The position numbers and the translations under genes are program-made. The notes under the pieces are model-generated. The model was not told the DNA's origin and did no database searches. It worked only from the letters and a program-made list of their open reading frames with translations. 64,000 bases of DNA from Cyclobacteriaceae bacterium (GTDB lineage: Bacteria > Bacteroidota > Bacteroidia > Cytophagales > Cyclobacteriaceae). Location: positions 368 to 64,367 of the forward strand of contig JAYWHU010000031.1 of NCBI GenBank assembly GCA_043777495.1, in the 5' to 3' direction. Below, in pieces: positions 17,622-26,164 of the stretch. Within the stretch, counting starts at the first letter, position 1; every line of letters starts with the position of its first letter.

Positions 17622-20282
17622 ATGAGATACAGACCTCCCAATTGGGCAGATCGGTTTTTAGAATGGTATTGCAATCCCGCTTTGCTCGAAGGAATTCAAG
17701 GGGACACGCACGAACTTTTTTATAGAGAGGCGAAAACGAACAAGCGAAAAGCAGATTTACTTTTTGTTTGGAATGTTCTTCGATTTTTTAAATGGAAAAA
17801 TATAAAGCGTACTAAAAATAAATATGAATCAGATAATTCAATTGCTATGCTAGAAAACTTCTTTAAAACCGCCATCCGAAATATTGTCAAACACAAAGCC
17901 TACTCGTTTATCAACTACGTTGGATTGACTTGTGGCCTTGCTCTTGCCTTGCTCATCATCGCTTATGTGCGAAATGAAACAAGCTATGATCAATTTCATA
18001 AAAACGCTGCTCGACTCTATCGATTTGGCTACACCGTATCCAACGGAATGAAGATAGCAGCCACACCGCCCCCCATCGCTCCAGCACTAAAAGACTATTA
18101 CCCCGAAGTAGAAGAGGTAGCCCGCATTTATAGTAGAAATGTGAGTATCAGTACGCCCAACAGCACTGAAGCATTTGAAGAAACCAATGTCATGTTTGCC
18201 GATTCAGCCATCACTAAAATGTTTTCGTTCGATCTCTTGAAAGGGAATCCAAAACGGGCATTGCATGATAAGTTTACGGTACTGATCAACGAAAAAATGG
18301 CAACCAAATATTTTGGAGATAAAAATCCCATTGGTGAGTCCTTGATATTCTCTGGCAGGCAATCATTCAAAGTAATTGGTGTGGTGAAGGATTTTCCCGA
18401 GAACTCACATATCCGCTTTAATATGCTGGTTCCTTATGACGATATGTTTGATTTGGAAGATGAGAAAACAGAACAGGTCCTTCGGGCGAACTTAGCGATG
18501 AACTTTGTGATCAGTCACTCTTATACATATGTATTATTAAAAGAGGGCAGCACGCCAGAACACATCAATGCTACCATGGGTGATTTCTTAAAGAAGAATG
18601 CGAACCCGAATGTGTTGGTGGGGCAAGTTTTTGCTCTAACACCATTGATTGATCTTCACTTAAAGAGCGATCATCAAGGAGAGCCCACCCCCACCAACTC
18701 AATGACTAACATCTATATTTTTATTGGTGTTGGCATTTTGACTTTACTAATTGCAGCCATCAACTACATTAATTTAAGTACTGCTCAATCATTCAACAGA
18801 ATGAAAGAGATAGGATTAAGAAAAATATTGGGCTCAGCCAAGAGCCAACTGATTACTCAATTTTTAGCAGAGAGTTTTATCTTTTGTTTGGCTGCTTTGT
18901 TAATGTCCTATTTGATTTTTTATTTGGCCTTGCCTCAGTTGAATGTACTCACCGGAAAAAATCTATTGTTCACCAGTGTACTGGATATCAAACTTATCTT
19001 ACTATCAATAGCCATGCTACTGGTGCTCACTTTTTTGGCAGGTGGTTATCCCGCTTATTTCGTTACCAAATTTGAATCGGTGAATGCGTTAAAAGGCGGA
19101 GACCAGAAAGGTGGGCGAAAACAAATTTTTAGAAAAGTATTAGTTGTGTTTCAATTGGCCATTGCTTGCATGTTGTTATCTGGCGCGTTACTAATTGTTA
19201 AACAATTAAAATTTTTAGAAGACAGACCGCTCGGCTATCAGAAAGAACACATTATTAATATTCCTTTGCAAAGTCAAAACCTGAATGGATATTTTCAGCA
19301 AGGCGACTCTACTTTTAAAGTAAGGTTACAAACTTTTAGAGATTTGATTGAACAACAAAGTGGCGTGCGGCAAACTACTTTATCTTCAGGTTCACCGAGT
19401 GCGGGAGTTGTATTCAGAGGCACAATTCCAGAAGGGTTCACAAAGGAGGATAATATTTTTTCAGCGAATTTAGCAGCCGATTATAATTTCCTGGACGCAT
19501 TCGATATGCAACTAGTGGCAGGTCGCAGTTTCAGTAAAGACTACGGTACTGATCCCAAGGAAGCTTTCATCGTAAATGAAACAGCCGTAAAAGAATTTAA
19601 GTGGGAGACGCCTCAGAAAGCATTGGGCAAAGAAATCAATCGAGAAGGCAAGAAAGGAAAAGTAATAGGCGTGATTAAAGATTTCAATTTTATGTCGCTC
19701 ACCACGGCCATCTCACCATTGCTACTATCAATTGATCAAAATCAATTCAACACGTTATCCATAAAATTTGAAAATGCCAACGTAGAAAAAACGATCACCA
19801 GGTTGGAAAGCGAGTGGAATAAAATTTTTCCTGAAAAAGCATTTGAATATACATTTTTAGATGAGCAGCTCAATCAACAGTATGCCGATTTCAAAAACTT
19901 CGGGGCCATCATACAAACCTTTTCAGGCATTGCTATTCTGATTGCTTGCTTGGGTGTATATGGATTAGTGCTATTTACTGTGCAACGGAAAGTGAAAGAG
20001 ATTGGGGTACGGAAAGTATTGGGTGCGACTGTGCCTAGTATTCTTAAACTGGTTTATAAAGATTTTGCGCTGCTTATTGTGATAGGCTTTGTGATTGCCG
20101 TGCCAGTGTCTTATTATTTCATCAATCAATGGTTGGATAATTTTGTCTATCGAACCTCTATTGATTTTCTTACGTATGCCATTAGCTTAATTGTTGTACT
20201 AGTGATTGTTTCATTGACCATCAGCTATCAATCTATACGGGCAGCACGGGCAAATCCAGTGAACTCACTGAGAATAGAGTAA
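17622..20282 (+). CDS. ABC transporter permease (MacB/FtsX-like, duplicated) with N-terminal permease-prefix domain
   Basis: PP.WADRFLEWYC prefix; two periplasmic + FtsX halves (R.KEIG.RK.LG twice). Confidence 0.9.
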   Translation: MRYRPPNWADRFLEWYCNPALLEGIQGDTHELFYREAKTNKRKADLLFVWNVLRFFKWKNIKRTKNKYESDNSIAMLENFFKTAIRNIVKHKAYSFINYVGLTCGLALALLIIAYVRNETSYDQFHKNAARLYRFGYTVSNGMKIAATPPPIAPALKDYYPEVEEVARIYSRNVSISTPNSTEAFEETNVMFADSAITKMFSFDLLKGNPKRALHDKFTVLINEKMATKYFGDKNPIGESLIFSGRQSFKVIGVVKDFPENSHIRFNMLVPYDDMFDLEDEKTEQVLRANLAMNFVISHSYTYVLLKEGSTPEHINATMGDFLKKNANPNVLVGQVFALTPLIDLHLKSDHQGEPTPTNSMTNIYIFIGVGILTLLIAAINYINLSTAQSFNRMKEIGLRKILGSAKSQLITQFLAESFIFCLAALLMSYLIFYLALPQLNVLTGKNLLFTSVLDIKLILLSIAMLLVLTFLAGGYPAYFVTKFESVNALKGGDQKGGRKQIFRKVLVVFQLAIACMLLSGALLIVKQLKFLEDRPLGYQKEHIINIPLQSQNLNGYFQQGDSTFKVRLQTFRDLIEQQSGVRQTTLSSGSPSAGVVFRGTIPEGFTKEDNIFSANLAADYNFLDAFDMQLVAGRSFSKDYGTDPKEAFIVNETAVKEFKWETPQKALGKEINREGKKGKVIGVIKDFNFMSLTTAISPLLLSIDQNQFNTLSIKFENANVEKTITRLESEWNKIFPEKAFEYTFLDEQLNQQYADFKNFGAIIQTFSGIAILIACLGVYGLVLFTVQRKVKEIGVRKVLGATVPSILKLVYKDFALLIVIGFVIAVPVSYYFINQWLDNFVYRTSIDFLTYAISLIVVLVIVSLTISYQSIRAARANPVNSLRIE

Positions 20283-20306
20283 ATTTTTGCAATCGAAATC
20301 TAAAAA

Positions 20307-22910
20307 ATGAAAATCTCTCCGCCCAAATGGGCAGATCATTTTCTGCAATGGTATTGCCGACCAGATTTGTTGGAGGAAATTCAGGGCGATGCGTATGAAT
20401 TATATGAGCGAACAGTAAAGAAAAGTAAGTCCAAGGCTGATTTTCAATTTGCTTGGAATGTATTTCGTTTTTTTCGGTTCAAAAATATTAGAAAAAGAAA
20501 ATCATCTAATCAATCAACCATATCTACTGCTATGATAAAAAATATGTTTGTGGTTACCGTACGCAACTTTACGCGGCAACCAAGTCATTCTTTTTTGAAT
20601 ATGTTTGGGCTATCGGCCGGCCTCACGTGCGCACTCCTTATTATGTTGTGGGTAATGCATGAAAATTCCTTCGATCGTTTCCATTCAGATACTGATAAAT
20701 TATTTAAAGTGTTAACGCACGTAGAGGCAGACGGCAGTTTTCAAACGTATGACGTAGCCTCTTCATCCATGGATGTTTCGTCCGTACCCGAAGCCGAAAC
20801 ATTAGTGAGCGTTTCTACAGGAACGCGTTGGCCTCATGAATTGTGTTTTCGCCCAGAAGGAAAGAGCAACGAATGTATTTACTTGAATGGCGTTTATGCC
20901 AATGAACATTTGTTTTCCGTTTTCAATTTTCCAATTCTGGAAGGCGATCGAAATCCACTCAAAGGAGCGACTAACATTGCCATATCCGAAAAAATGGCGC
21001 AAGTACTATATGGTGCTGCCAATCCCATCGGTAAGACTATTAAAATTGATGGCACACGAGAGGTTACTATTGTTTCTGTTTTTCAAAATATTCCAACTAA
21101 CTCATCGCTACAATTCGATTTTGCTTTGCCTTATTCCATTCTTCAAAAACAATGGGGTATTGATGACAACATGATGGCACGCAACTTCTTTAACATGTAC
21201 ATTAAATCAAACTCAACAATTTCCGCAGAGCAGCTTACCGAAAAATTGAATGACATACGTGTGCTCACAGAAGCACACAAAGCACAGAAAGTAAGTTACC
21301 AAGCATACCCTCTTACTGATTGGCATTTGAAAAGTAAATTTGAGGGAGGAAAGAATACGGGAGGGAGAATCGAATACATTACTCTATTTATTATTATTGG
21401 TGGGCTTGTATTACTCATGGCCGTAATCAATTTAATAAACATGTCAACTGCTAGGGCAACGTTGCGCGCCAAGGAAATTGGCATTCGCAAAGTGACGGGT
21501 GCAGTACGCACAACCATTGCTATCCAATTTATGGGAGAATCGTTTTTGTTGGTCTTATTCTCTTTTATTATTTCGGTCTTAACGGTACAGTTAGTGTTAC
21601 CGCTTTTTAGCAATTTGATTATGCAGCCAATGAGCTTCAGCATATTAAGCGGGACAATTCCTATCTATGTAATTTGCCTGTTAGTTGTTGTTTCGTTGCT
21701 CGCTGGCATTTATCCTTCCTTGGTAATGTCTTCCTTTCAGCCCATTCGGATTTTAAAGAATCAATTAACAAGTAAATCATCGGGGTCTCAAGGTTTTCGC
21801 AAAGCATTGCTGGTCGTTCAGTTAAGTGTTTCTGTGGTTATTATTATTTTCAGTGGCGTACTGTATAAGCAACTGGAATTTATAACGAATAAAAATCTTG
21901 GCTTTGATCGAAGTAATATGGTTCGCATTGAGCCGACTTTCAAATTGCTAAAACAATTCGACAGCTTTAAGAATGAGCTAACCAAGAATCCAAGCTTAGT
22001 TAGCATCGGTGCCTCTAATGACAATCCATTGAATTCTGCTGGTGCCAATACAGGAGTGACTTGGCCTGGAAAGCCTGACGATCTCCGCGTTTCTATCAGG
22101 ACAATAGGGTGTAGTTATGAATTCCCTCAAACAATGGGATTAAAAATTATTGAGGGGAAGGACTTTCAACCAGAAAAGACGGACACGCTGAGAACCGAGG
22201 TACTTGTTACCCAAGAAGCAGCTAAAGTGATGGGATTTAAAAATCCTATTGGTGAAGAAATAAAATTTGGGCAGATTCCGTGCGTAATCATTGGTGTCAT
22301 CAACAATTTTCATACCTCTTCCTTGCACGAGGCATTGTTACCTGTTATACTTTATCGTCAGCATATTGAATCGGTCTCAGCATTGTATGTTTCGTTTCAA
22401 CCAGGCACCACGGAAGAATCCATGAAGGCAATTACCAATGTGTATAAAACATTCGAGCCCGATTATACAATGAAGTATTGGTTTCAGGATGAAACATTCG
22501 ATGAACTCTATAAAACGGAAATCGTTGCTTCACGTCTTGTGTTATTGTTTACTGTAATCTCCCTAAGCATCGCCATTATAGGCATTGTTGGTCTTGCCAC
22601 CTTCAATACACTTCGTAAAACAAAAGAGATAAGTATACGAAGAGTGTTTGGCGCATCGGCAGCACAAGCGTTGTCTGTCCTTACGAAAGAATTTTCTTTA
22701 GTGCTTGTTGTTGCTATGCTGGTAGCTATTCCATTGGCGTGGTTTGCGGCCGATCACTGGCTACAAGGGTTTGCCTATCACACTGTTATGCCATGGTGGA
22801 TTTTTGGTGCTACTTGTATTAGTGTAGCGGCACTGATTGTTTTCATCATTTGGTTACAGGGCATGAAAACGATTCGCACCAATCCTACGCAAACATTGCG
22901 AAGTGAGTAG
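20307..22910 (+). CDS. ABC transporter permease paralog (MacB/FtsX-like)
   Basis: Same prefix (PPKWADHFLQWYC); RAKEIGIRKVTGA and KEISIRRVFGA. Confidence 0.9.
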   Translation: MKISPPKWADHFLQWYCRPDLLEEIQGDAYELYERTVKKSKSKADFQFAWNVFRFFRFKNIRKRKSSNQSTISTAMIKNMFVVTVRNFTRQPSHSFLNMFGLSAGLTCALLIMLWVMHENSFDRFHSDTDKLFKVLTHVEADGSFQTYDVASSSMDVSSVPEAETLVSVSTGTRWPHELCFRPEGKSNECIYLNGVYANEHLFSVFNFPILEGDRNPLKGATNIAISEKMAQVLYGAANPIGKTIKIDGTREVTIVSVFQNIPTNSSLQFDFALPYSILQKQWGIDDNMMARNFFNMYIKSNSTISAEQLTEKLNDIRVLTEAHKAQKVSYQAYPLTDWHLKSKFEGGKNTGGRIEYITLFIIIGGLVLLMAVINLINMSTARATLRAKEIGIRKVTGAVRTTIAIQFMGESFLLVLFSFIISVLTVQLVLPLFSNLIMQPMSFSILSGTIPIYVICLLVVVSLLAGIYPSLVMSSFQPIRILKNQLTSKSSGSQGFRKALLVVQLSVSVVIIIFSGVLYKQLEFITNKNLGFDRSNMVRIEPTFKLLKQFDSFKNELTKNPSLVSIGASNDNPLNSAGANTGVTWPGKPDDLRVSIRTIGCSYEFPQTMGLKIIEGKDFQPEKTDTLRTEVLVTQEAAKVMGFKNPIGEEIKFGQIPCVIIGVINNFHTSSLHEALLPVILYRQHIESVSALYVSFQPGTTEESMKAITNVYKTFEPDYTMKYWFQDETFDELYKTEIVASRLVLLFTVISLSIAIIGIVGLATFNTLRKTKEISIRRVFGASAAQALSVLTKEFSLVLVVAMLVAIPLAWFAADHWLQGFAYHTVMPWWIFGATCISVAALIVFIIWLQGMKTIRTNPTQTLRSE

Positions 22911-22920
22911 TTACCCAATT

Positions 22921-23413
22921 CATTCCTTACCACAGAGGATACGGAGAATCACAGAGATGTTTCATTCGCCCTCCGTGCTTTCTCTGTGAATCCTGTGGTT
23001 ATTTTTTTTGGCGAACGCAAATCCATTCCTTACCACAGAGGATACGGAGAATCACAGAGATGTTTCATTCGCCCTCCGTGCTTTCTCTGTGAACCCTGTG
23101 GTTATTTTTTTTGGCGGACGCAAATACATTCCTTACCACAGAGGACACGGAGAATCACAGAGATGTTTCATTCACCCTCCGTGCTTTCTCTGTGAACCCT
23201 GTGGCTATTTTTTTTGGCGGAAGCAAATCCATTCTTTACCACAGAGGACACGGAGAATCACAGAGATGTTTCATTCACCCTCCGTGCTTTCTCTGTGAAC
23301 CCTGTGGTTATTTTTTTTGGCGAACGCAAATCCATTCCTTACCACAGAGGATACGGAGAATCACAGAGATGTTTCATTCACCCTCCGTGATTTCTCTGTG
23401 AACCCTGTGGTTA
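22921..23413. repeat. tandem array of a 103-bp hairpin unit (4.8 copies)
   Basis: Units start at 22921, 23024, 23127, 23230 and 23333 and differ by only a few substitutions. Each is ACCACAG...CTGTGGT plus a T8 linker. Confidence 0.97.
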
Positions 23414-23845
23414 ATCTTTTTGCTCCAAAAGCTCTTTCAGCGATTTCATTATCATCTGCCAATTCTGCTCTGAGTGGTCTAGTGCTTCTTTTGATTTGAC
23501 GCTGTCTTGAGAAATGAAGATGGTCGTTTGTCCGTCTTTTTCCTCTAGTGAATAAATAATAACAGCATAGTTTTCTGGCTTATCTTCCGTTCCAGAAAAA
23601 GAGCTCCAATAATTGTACTTCAAAATCTTCTCCTTCTCTATTTGTAAAATAATGCCCTTGTCCAAATAGGGTTTGCCTTCCCATTTGCCACTGAAAGTAA
23701 TGGCGCTGCCTACTTTCCAATCCGATTTTAGAACTGTGCCGAAGAAATATTTTTTTACTTGCTCGGGATCGATCAGAGCCATCCACACTTTTGATTTAGG
23801 GGCATTGATTGAGATAGCGGTATTAAGTGTTAATGTGTTTGTCAT
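23411..23845 (-). CDS. SRPBCC / AHSA1-like domain protein
   Basis: I.INAP..KVW.AL.DP..V..Y...DWKVG...W..I...LK.LLE. Confidence 0.88.
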   Translation of the reverse strand: MTNTLTLNTAISINAPKSKVWMALIDPEQVKKYFFGTVLKSDWKVGSAITFSGKWEGKPYLDKGIILQIEKEKILKYNYWSSFSGTEDKPENYAVIIYSLEEKDGQTTIFISQDSVKSKEALDHSEQNWQMIMKSLKELLEQKD

Positions 23846-23863
23846 AAAATTTGGTTTAATGGA

Positions 23864-24076
23864 TTACTCTAGCTCCCTACAATCGAAGCCGTATTGCCTT
23901 AATAAATTAATGGCTCTGTTTGGCTCTACTTTTTCGGATACAATACGTAAGATACGATCACAATCATCCAGTGCGAAATTCCAATTGCCTTTACCTACGA
24001 GTTTATTGATGACAGGTGCAAGTGTTTTTACTTCTTGAGAGGATGCTACAGACGTGGCGAAAACAAGAATCTCCAT
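23864..24076 (-). CDS. small hypothetical protein (ferredoxin/HMA-like fold suspected)
   Basis: 70 aa from ATG 24076; ILVFATSV...WNFALDDCDRILRI...GFDCREL. Confidence 0.6.
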   Translation of the reverse strand: MEILVFATSVASSQEVKTLAPVINKLVGKGNWNFALDDCDRILRIVSEKVEPNRAINLLRQYGFDCRELE

Positions 24077-24077
24077 A

Positions 24078-24548
24078 TTATTTAGTAGGAGGTGTATGAG
24101 TGACAATATCAATCCCAATTCCGTTAGGGTCAACAACCGCAAAATGCCGATCACCCCACGGCTCATCACGCAGTCCTATGGCCATGGGGATATTCAGTTT
24201 CAGTATTTTATCATGCACTTCATCCACTTTCTCTACTTCAATAGTGAGATAAGCACCCTTACCAGCAAATGCAGGTTTGAACAAGGGCTGTTGACTTTCA
24301 TGATTAGGCAAAAGGAAACTGATTTGATCAATCCCTCCAACTGTTTGAAGTAACAAATAAAATTCATTTTCAAAAACAACTTCCATTTGCAGCACGGAGC
24401 TATAGAATTTTTTCGTCTCCTGTAGTTTGGGAGTGATGAATCCTGCGTTTAACTTCATAGGAATAAATTTAGTTTGCGCTTTCGCGGAAAAAATGAGTAG
24501 GCACAACAATGCGGTTACTACTCCAATCAGAATAATGATCTTCCTCAT
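24078..24548 (-). CDS. VOC/glyoxalase family protein with hydrophobic N-terminal extension
   Basis: KKFY...L.M, YLTIEVE.VD, LRDEPWGDRHFAVVDPNGI. Confidence 0.88.
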   Translation of the reverse strand: MRKIIILIGVVTALLCLLIFSAKAQTKFIPMKLNAGFITPKLQETKKFYSSVLQMEVVFENEFYLLLQTVGGIDQISFLLPNHESQQPLFKPAFAGKGAYLTIEVEKVDEVHDKILKLNIPMAIGLRDEPWGDRHFAVVDPNGIGIDIVTHTPPTK

Positions 24549-24555
24549 AGCTGAA

Positions 24556-25044
24556 TCAATTTACGCCCAATTGTATTTCAGTCACATTCGCATCGAGATT
24601 TATAAAATCCGCATTGATATAAAGCTCACGGGTCACACCATTAGGTTGGAGTTTATTTTGATGTATGAATTCCATAAGGATTCTGTAACTCTTTGGAATT
24701 TCCTGCCATCCACCTTCATGCAATAGCGAAACACATCTAAAAATTTCAGAACGCTTGAAATGAAATTTTCCATCGTATTCAGCTGGAATAGAAGCAACTG
24801 GCAAGCATACCTCCAAGGTAAACGGCTTTGACTCATCGCCCATAAAACCAAAGTAGTGCCAGTGGATGGGGCCTGAAGGATGAAGATCGAGACGAACAGA
24901 TTCTTTGAAAATTTCCTTTGCAATGGGAATCTGATTAACAAGATCGCTGATCTTCACCTCTTCACGATGGAAGAGAAAATTGATAGGCTTGATTTCCTTT
25001 ACTTTTGGAGCTCTCTCCAACTGATTCATTATTTGTGTTTCCAT
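24556..25044 (-). CDS. GyrI-like small-molecule-binding domain protein
   Basis: LEVCLPV, LHEGGWQEI..SY..L..FI..N.L...G.TRELYIN; ATG at 25044. Confidence 0.82.
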   Translation of the reverse strand: METQIMNQLERAPKVKEIKPINFLFHREEVKISDLVNQIPIAKEIFKESVRLDLHPSGPIHWHYFGFMGDESKPFTLEVCLPVASIPAEYDGKFHFKRSEIFRCVSLLHEGGWQEIPKSYRILMEFIHQNKLQPNGVTRELYINADFINLDANVTEIQLGVN

Positions 25045-25081
25045 AGTTACTTGTTTTTTTATCAAATCAACGATAGCAACA

Positions 25082-25097
25082 TGACAACCCTGTGTCA
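25082..25097. promoter_or_regulatory. palindromic operator TGACA-N6-TGTCA (copy 1)
   Basis: tgaca accctg tgtca, upstream of the GyrI-like gene. Confidence 0.65.
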
Positions 25098-25136
25098 GTA
25101 TCAAAAAAATTATTCAAATTATTTTTTGGGAGTGAG

Positions 25137-25152
25137 TGACAATAGTATGTCA
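25137..25152. promoter_or_regulatory. palindromic operator TGACA-N6-TGTCA (copy 2)
   Basis: tgaca atagta tgtca, 55 bp from copy 1. Confidence 0.65.
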
Positions 25153-25322
25153 GGAGGGTCAAGGAAAAGACACTTTTCAACCAATTTTGGCAAAGGCCAA
25201 GTTTCGGCAATCCAACATTTTTTACCAAGCTAAATAGTATAAATTTGTAATGACTTACCAAGCATCGAATAGTTCACTAACAAATCTTCAACTGATCCAT
25301 CCAAAGAGTAAAATAGCCCAGT

Positions 25323-26159
25323 ATGTCTAAAAAGGAAAGAGTAGCATTAGCCATTAAAGTGGTAGTGTCAAAAATGATGGATAAAGTAATGGAGAATGTA
25401 CTTGTCAATGATCCATTTATCAAAGAAAAGCATCATTCGGCCAAGCCCCTGTATGCGGCTCTTGTGCCTGATGAAATATTCAAAGGCTCACATTTTGAAA
25501 GAAGATTTGTGACGCCTTTTGGAAGTGTTTGGGAAAAATTGGCTCAGGTAGTTGCCATCGAAGCCCATGGAAATTGCTCAATGAGGCATAAGATAAATGG
25601 CAATGTTGGAAACGAAAGCTTGAGAAGGATTCAAGAGGTATTAAATAATTTAGAGCATAAAACGAAAGTCACTGAAAAAGTAATACCCAACTGGGATAAA
25701 GAAATCAAATACATCAAGCAGGGAGGAGGTAATCCCATTCCAGTCAATGTGACTTGTGATATCTTTATTCATAACCAAGAAACAAATACCAAGTACGCAT
25801 TTGAGTTAAAAGGGCCCTTGCCCAATAGCGATCAGACTAAAGTGAGCAAGGAGAAAATGTTTAAACTACTGGCCATGCAACCTGCACAAGTTGATTTTGC
25901 TTACTATGCTTTACCCTACAATCCGTACGGGAAAAAGAAAGATTACAATTGGGGCTTCCCTTTAAGATGGTTCAATATGCAAGAAGATAATTCGGTCTTA
26001 ATTGGGGATGAATTTTGGGAACTCATCGGTGGAAAAGGTACATATCGTAATTTTATTAAAGAAGTCAATCTTCTAGGCAAAGAATATAGAGAGCGTATTT
26101 ACCGAGAGTTTTTAGAAATAGAACCGCCCGCAAACTTTGAAGATGAATTGCTTAAATAA
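25323..26159 (+). CDS. type II restriction endonuclease, TdeIII-like
   Basis: GSHFERRFVTPFG.VWEKLAQ, CDIFI...FELKGPLPN (D...E-x-K). Adjacent to a C5-MTase. Confidence 0.75.
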   Translation: MSKKERVALAIKVVVSKMMDKVMENVLVNDPFIKEKHHSAKPLYAALVPDEIFKGSHFERRFVTPFGSVWEKLAQVVAIEAHGNCSMRHKINGNVGNESLRRIQEVLNNLEHKTKVTEKVIPNWDKEIKYIKQGGGNPIPVNVTCDIFIHNQETNTKYAFELKGPLPNSDQTKVSKEKMFKLLAMQPAQVDFAYYALPYNPYGKKKDYNWGFPLRWFNMQEDNSVLIGDEFWELIGGKGTYRNFIKEVNLLGKEYRERIYREFLEIEPPANFEDELLK

Positions 26160-26164
26160 TCAAA

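Noticed and set aside
22921-23413. CRISPR array
   Set aside because: Units are almost identical over their full 103 bp, there are no unique spacers, and there are no cas genes in the window.
22986-23499. Four short ORFs (TTEDTENHRD...) inside the array
   Set aside because: They are by-products of a 103-bp period, which is not a multiple of 3 and so cycles through reading frames.
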